A stretch of DNA of 64,000 bases from an uncultured Verrucomicrobiae bacterium (lineage in GTDB: Bacteria > Verrucomicrobiota > Verrucomicrobiia > Chthoniobacterales > JAFAMB01): NCBI GenBank assembly GCA_963837955.1, contig CAWIPH010000002.1, positions 2,698,966 through 2,762,965 of the forward strand. Direction: 5' to 3'. The translations under genes were made by a program, and so were the position numbers. Under the pieces are notes generated by a model, which did no database searches, was not told the origin of the DNA, and worked only from the letters and a program-made list of their open reading frames with translations. Shown here piece after piece: positions 60,067 to 64,000 of this stretch (positions are counted from its first letter, which is position 1; each line of letters opens with the position of its first letter).

Positions 60067-61527
60067 ATGATTCGTTGTGCTGTTTTTTTCGTCTTAGCGA
60101 TCGCCGCTAACGCCGTTGCCGAAACGTCGAAGCCGGATATTCATAAGAGTCTCGTGCGGATTACGACGAGCTCGCAGGACCCCGATTACCGCGTGCCATG
60201 GAATCCTGGCAATATCACCGTCGGAATCGGAGCAGGTTTTGTGATCGACGGGAATCGGATTTTGACCAACGCGCACGTCGTGAGCAACGGTCGATTGATT
60301 GTGGTCGAGAAGGAGAACGACCCGAAGGAGTATATCGGGAAAGTAGAATTCATCGGCGGGGATTGTGACCTGGCTATAGTCAGGGTCCAGGATCCCAATT
60401 TCTATAAAGGAACCGCCCCGGTCCGATTTGGAGCACTGCCGGTAGTACAATCCGCCGTCGACGTCTACGGGTATCCGATCGGAGGTCAACGACTTTCAGT
60501 AACGCAAGGAATCGTTTCTCGGGTCGACTTCCAGAATTACACCTACTCCGGCGTTGATCAGCACTTGGCCGTTCAGATCGACGCGGCGATCAATCCTGGA
60601 AACTCCGGTGGGCCGGTGCTGCAAGAAGGAAAAGTCGTCGGAGTTGCCTTCCAAGGGTACACGGGCGACGTCGCTCAGAATACTGGCTACATGATTCCGA
60701 CGCCGGTAATCCTGCGGTTTCTCAAGGATATCTCCAGCGGTCGTTATAACCGGTACGTCGATCTGTCGATCACCACATTTAAGTTATTGAATGCTGCAGA
60801 ACGCCATGCGCTGGGTCTTCCTGACGACAATACCGGAGTGCTGGTCAGCTCCGTTGAAAAGGATGGCTCCTGTGCCGGAAAACTGCAGGAAGGCGACGTG
60901 ATGCTCTCGATCGACAATCATCTAATCGCTAGCGACGGAACGGTTCGCTTGGACGGCGATAGCTTGGAGCTGGCCGAGATAGTGGAGCGCAAATTCAAGG
61001 GAGAAAAAGTGAAGATCGGAGTCTTGCGCAACCATCAACCGCTGACCGTAGAAATCGACTTACAGCCTAATAACTCTTACCTGTTGCAAGCGTACCTCCA
61101 TGAGGAAAACCCGCGCTTCGTCTTATTTGGCGGTCTTGTCTTCCAACCGCTCTCGCGGAATTTCATGGAGGCCTATCAGCCGGACGAGCTGCGCGTTCGG
61201 TATTACTATGATTTCTACATCACCGACGACCTATACGAGGAGCATCCGGAAATCATCGTGCTCTCGAATATCTTGGCCGATCCCGTGAACGCTTATTTGT
61301 CAGAGTTTCGTTTTCAGATCGTCGATGAGATTAACGGTAAAAAGATCAAGCATTTGAGCGATGTCGCTCATGCTTTCGCCACATCGGCCGATGAATACGT
61401 GATCAAGTTTATCGGAAGCAGCCGCCCCGCTGTGCTGGAAAAGAGCGCGGTGGAAGCAGCTCAACAGCGCATCAAGAGAAATTATAACGTTCCGATTGAT
61501 CAAAACCTGGGAAAAGAACAACTATAA
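60067..61527 (+). CDS. Secreted S1C (DegP/Deg2-like) serine protease with PDZ-type C-terminal region
   Basis: Signal peptide. Catalytic triad contexts 'ILTNAHVV', 'GDCDLAIV', 'GNSGGPV'. Confidence 0.85.
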   Translation: MIRCAVFFVLAIAANAVAETSKPDIHKSLVRITTSSQDPDYRVPWNPGNITVGIGAGFVIDGNRILTNAHVVSNGRLIVVEKENDPKEYIGKVEFIGGDCDLAIVRVQDPNFYKGTAPVRFGALPVVQSAVDVYGYPIGGQRLSVTQGIVSRVDFQNYTYSGVDQHLAVQIDAAINPGNSGGPVLQEGKVVGVAFQGYTGDVAQNTGYMIPTPVILRFLKDISSGRYNRYVDLSITTFKLLNAAERHALGLPDDNTGVLVSSVEKDGSCAGKLQEGDVMLSIDNHLIASDGTVRLDGDSLELAEIVERKFKGEKVKIGVLRNHQPLTVEIDLQPNNSYLLQAYLHEENPRFVLFGGLVFQPLSRNFMEAYQPDELRVRYYYDFYITDDLYEEHPEIIVLSNILADPVNAYLSEFRFQIVDEINGKKIKHLSDVAHAFATSADEYVIKFIGSSRPAVLEKSAVEAAQQRIKRNYNVPIDQNLGKEQL

Positions 61528-63038
61528 TGAAGTCCCTGCTTCTCTTTCCGCTTATTGTTGCGCTGACCTCGTCGACACTGGCGGTGGCAGAGGACACCCT
61601 CGCCCCAGCGGCCCCGACGCCAAAAGACAAACCTGTCCCCGAACTCCAAAAGGGATCGGTCGTTCGCGTCAACTCCACCAATCAGCAATACGATTTCTTT
61701 CGTCCTTGGAATAAGAAGGCGCCGTTCAATCGCCGGGGCATTGGAGCAGTCATCGACGGGAACGAAGTGGTCGTTGCAGCTGAATTGGTAGCCAACAGCA
61801 ATTTCATCGAACTAGAAAAACCGGAGAGCGGCGAACGAACGTCGGCCCAGGTAGTCGCCATCGATCACGAAACTAATTTGGCCCTGCTGAAGCCAAACGA
61901 TGAACATTTCCTGCAAAGCCTTCAGCCGCTCGGCACCGAAGCTGCGGTTAAGGTGGGCGATCAACTTTCGGTAATCCAACTCGAGGCGAATGGCACGCCA
62001 GTCTCGACGCAAGGGTTGGTCACGAGTGCAGAAGTCGGTCGTTACGTGCTCGAGGATTGTTCCTTTCTTCTGTTCAAAATGAGCTGCCCACTGCAGTATC
62101 GGGAGAATAGCTTTACCCTGCCGATCGTTAAGGATCATCAACTTGCAGCCATTTTGCTCCGTTATGATCCGCGCTCCCAAACCGTGGACGCAATTTCGGG
62201 TCCGGTAATCCAGCACTTCCTGCGTGAGGCTAAAAACAATCCCTATCGCGGTTTTCCTCGGATCGGCGTCGCGTTTTCCAGCCTGCGGGACCCGGTCTTG
62301 CGTCGCTACGTGAAACTACCGGACTCGGACGGCGGTGTATTTGTCGATGACGTGCAACGTAACAGCCCGGCCGCAAAGGCTGGAATTCTACCGGGCGACA
62401 TCCTTCTAGCGATTGATGGAAAAACGATTGATGCCGACGGAAATTACATTCATCCAGTCTTGGGTAAGCTCTCGATTACTCACCTGACGACGACGGAATT
62501 ATATTCCGGGCAAACGGCGAACATGACCGTCTTCCGGAACGGCGAACAAAAAGACATTCCGGTGGAGCTGTTCCGGCAGCCTGCGGAAAGCTACGTCATC
62601 GACCCATATGTGATCGATCGCGCGCCCCGTTACCTCGTTTTAGGTGGATTGGTGTTTCAGGAACTTTCTCGCCAATACCTCCGCGAATGGGGCAGCAATT
62701 GGGCCAAGGATGCTCCGCAACGATTTGTCTATTACGACCGCTTCCAATCCGAGCTTTTTCCTGAGCAGCGGAAAATGGTCTTTTTGAGCCAAGTGATTCC
62801 AACGGCGGACACCGTCGGGTACGAGCAGTTGAACTACTTGATTGTTAAACGGGTCAACGATCGAGAGATTCGCAACCTCGATGATCTCGCCCAGGCCATT
62901 AGCGCGCCCCAAAACGGCTTTCAGAAAATCGAGTTCAATGAAGACCCGCGCGTGATTTACCTTGATGCGGGCCAAGCCGAGAGCACCGCGAAACAACTGC
63001 AGGCGCTGTATGCCTTGCCCGCCCTGCAACGCCTATGA
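61527..63038 (+). CDS. Secreted S1C-protease paralog lacking the catalytic His and Asp (pseudo-protease)
   Basis: Collinear with 60067-61527, but 'TNAHVV' becomes 'VAAELV', 'CDLAIV' becomes 'TNLALL' and 'GNSGGPV' becomes 'ENSFTLPIV'. TAATG one-nt overlap with the upstream stop. Confidence 0.7.
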   Translation: MKSLLLFPLIVALTSSTLAVAEDTLAPAAPTPKDKPVPELQKGSVVRVNSTNQQYDFFRPWNKKAPFNRRGIGAVIDGNEVVVAAELVANSNFIELEKPESGERTSAQVVAIDHETNLALLKPNDEHFLQSLQPLGTEAAVKVGDQLSVIQLEANGTPVSTQGLVTSAEVGRYVLEDCSFLLFKMSCPLQYRENSFTLPIVKDHQLAAILLRYDPRSQTVDAISGPVIQHFLREAKNNPYRGFPRIGVAFSSLRDPVLRRYVKLPDSDGGVFVDDVQRNSPAAKAGILPGDILLAIDGKTIDADGNYIHPVLGKLSITHLTTTELYSGQTANMTVFRNGEQKDIPVELFRQPAESYVIDPYVIDRAPRYLVLGGLVFQELSRQYLREWGSNWAKDAPQRFVYYDRFQSELFPEQRKMVFLSQVIPTADTVGYEQLNYLIVKRVNDREIRNLDDLAQAISAPQNGFQKIEFNEDPRVIYLDAGQAESTAKQLQALYALPALQRL

Positions 63039-63733
63039 CTTGGGGCGCCATCTTCGATTGGGATGGAGTGATCATCGATTCGTCCGCGCACCACGCAGAG
63101 AGTTGGGAGCGTTTGGCTGCTGAAACCGGCCACATACTTCCACCAGGACACTTCAAACGAGGGTTCGGGATGAAAAATGAAAAGATCATTCCAGACCTGC
63201 TCGGCTGGAGCCACGATCCGACCGAGATCCATCGGCTGTCGCTTCGCAAAGAAGAACTTTATCGCGAGATCGTCAAAGAATGGGGCATCGCGCCCTTGCT
63301 GGGAATCGTGTCTTGGCTGGACCGCCTGCGCGACCACGAAATACCGTGTGCGATCGGTTCGTCCACCCATCGACTGAACATAGACACCGGATTGTCAATT
63401 CTCGGGTTCAGAGAGCGTTTTACTGCGGTAGTCACCTCCGAGGATGTCCGCGCCGGGAAACCGGATCCGGAGGTGTTTCTCACCGCAGCAGCTCGCATCG
63501 GACTACCACCAGAACGATGCGTGGTATTCGAAGACGCCCTGGTCGGCATTGAGGCCGCCCATCGCGGGGGAATGCAGGTAGTCGCGGTTGCCACTACCAA
63601 TCCAATCGAACTGCTAAAGCACGCCGATTTTGCCGTTCATCGCCTCGATGAATTGACGGTGGAGCAACTTGCTTCCCGAGTGCTTGATCGGCTCGAGTGC
63701 AAATCGTTTGAAGATGAGCCAGCCGCTAACTAA
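63035..63733 (+). CDS. HAD-IA hydrolase, beta-phosphoglucomutase-like
   Basis: 'AIFDWDGVIIDS' motif I, 'GSST', 'GKPDPEVFL', 'VFEDALVGIEAA'. ATGA overlap with the upstream gene. Confidence 0.8.
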   Translation: MTWGAIFDWDGVIIDSSAHHAESWERLAAETGHILPPGHFKRGFGMKNEKIIPDLLGWSHDPTEIHRLSLRKEELYREIVKEWGIAPLLGIVSWLDRLRDHEIPCAIGSSTHRLNIDTGLSILGFRERFTAVVTSEDVRAGKPDPEVFLTAAARIGLPPERCVVFEDALVGIEAAHRGGMQVVAVATTNPIELLKHADFAVHRLDELTVEQLASRVLDRLECKSFEDEPAAN

Positions 63734-64000
63734 GTAACGTCGCCAGCCTCTTCGGGAAAAATTTTCAGTAAAGCGGACCGGAGAGCTTCGATGGTTACCG
63801 GCTTATTCACAACGAGATCGACGCCGCTTGGCAGCGTGCCGGAACTTTTCATAAATTCGCCGAACCCTGTTACCATGATGATCGGCAGTGACCTTTCGCC
63901 GTCGCCCTCGCGGACGGCATCGACCAGCGCCGCGCCGGTCATGCCCGGCATTTCCTGATCGGTCACAAGAAGATCATAGATTCCCTGACGGAGAAATTGA
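63730..64000 (-). CDS. Response-regulator receiver domain protein (N-terminus beyond window edge)
   Basis: '...FLRQGIYDLLVTDQEMPGMTGAALV...PIIMVTG...VNKPVTIEAL'. The frame stays open to position 64000, so the GTG at 63966 is internal. Confidence 0.75.
   Translation of the reverse strand, partial: QFLRQGIYDLLVTDQEMPGMTGAALVDAVREGDGERSLPIIMVTGFGEFMKSSGTLPSGVDLVVNKPVTIEALRSALLKIFPEEAGDVT

Noticed and set aside
1-64000. tRNA, rRNA, IS/transposase, integrase, prophage, toxin-antitoxin or known defence-system genes
   Set aside because: I inspected all intergenic gaps over ~80 nt and all ORFs of 60 aa or more. No cloverleaf-like sequence and no recombinase, nuclease or defence-type protein signature was recognised. 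The mobile-looking content is limited to non-autonomous repeats.

Overview
This window is a tightly packed chromosomal segment with about 60 protein genes on both strands. It reads like a PVC-group, Verrucomicrobiota-like bacterium. That placement is inference from two DUF5069-type paralogs, the pseudopilin/secretin organisation and the repeat style; no marker gene supports it.

Most content is housekeeping or central metabolism:
- nadB-panC, a treS-maltokinase fusion, glutamate dehydrogenase and a propionyl/acetyl-CoA synthetase-like ligase
- korAB 2-oxoacid:ferredoxin oxidoreductase directly downstream of pntAA-pntAB-pntB transhydrogenase
- queDE, ggt, trpA, ychF, two crcB genes plus DUF190, and mobA/fdhD
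- two separate MOSC + FdhF/YdeP-type molybdoenzyme loci

More accessory-looking content:
- a ten-gene type II secretion / type IV pilus-like cluster (secreted protein, gspG-H-I-J-K, L/M/PilP-like genes, secretin) with no ATPase or platform gene in the window
- a split system of circularly permuted ATP-grasp + alpha-E, transglutaminase, and transglutaminase-amidoligase (DUF2126)
- an RnfD-like + DUF2330-like gene pair
- an active S1C protease translationally coupled to a paralog that has lost the catalytic His and Asp

I recognised no rRNA, tRNA, CRISPR array, IS element, integrase or prophage genes.

The most unusual signal is non-coding. Nearly every larger intergenic gap carries hairpin-forming repeat elements of at least four families:
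- an inverted-repeat element whose GTAG termini coincide with TAG stop codons of flanking genes
- arms built from degenerate 7-9 nt tandem repeats
- a GC-rich double-hairpin element with nested insertions
- one repeat copy translated inside a pseudopilin leader peptide

All functional calls come from reading the translated ORFs and the DNA by eye. No searches were run.
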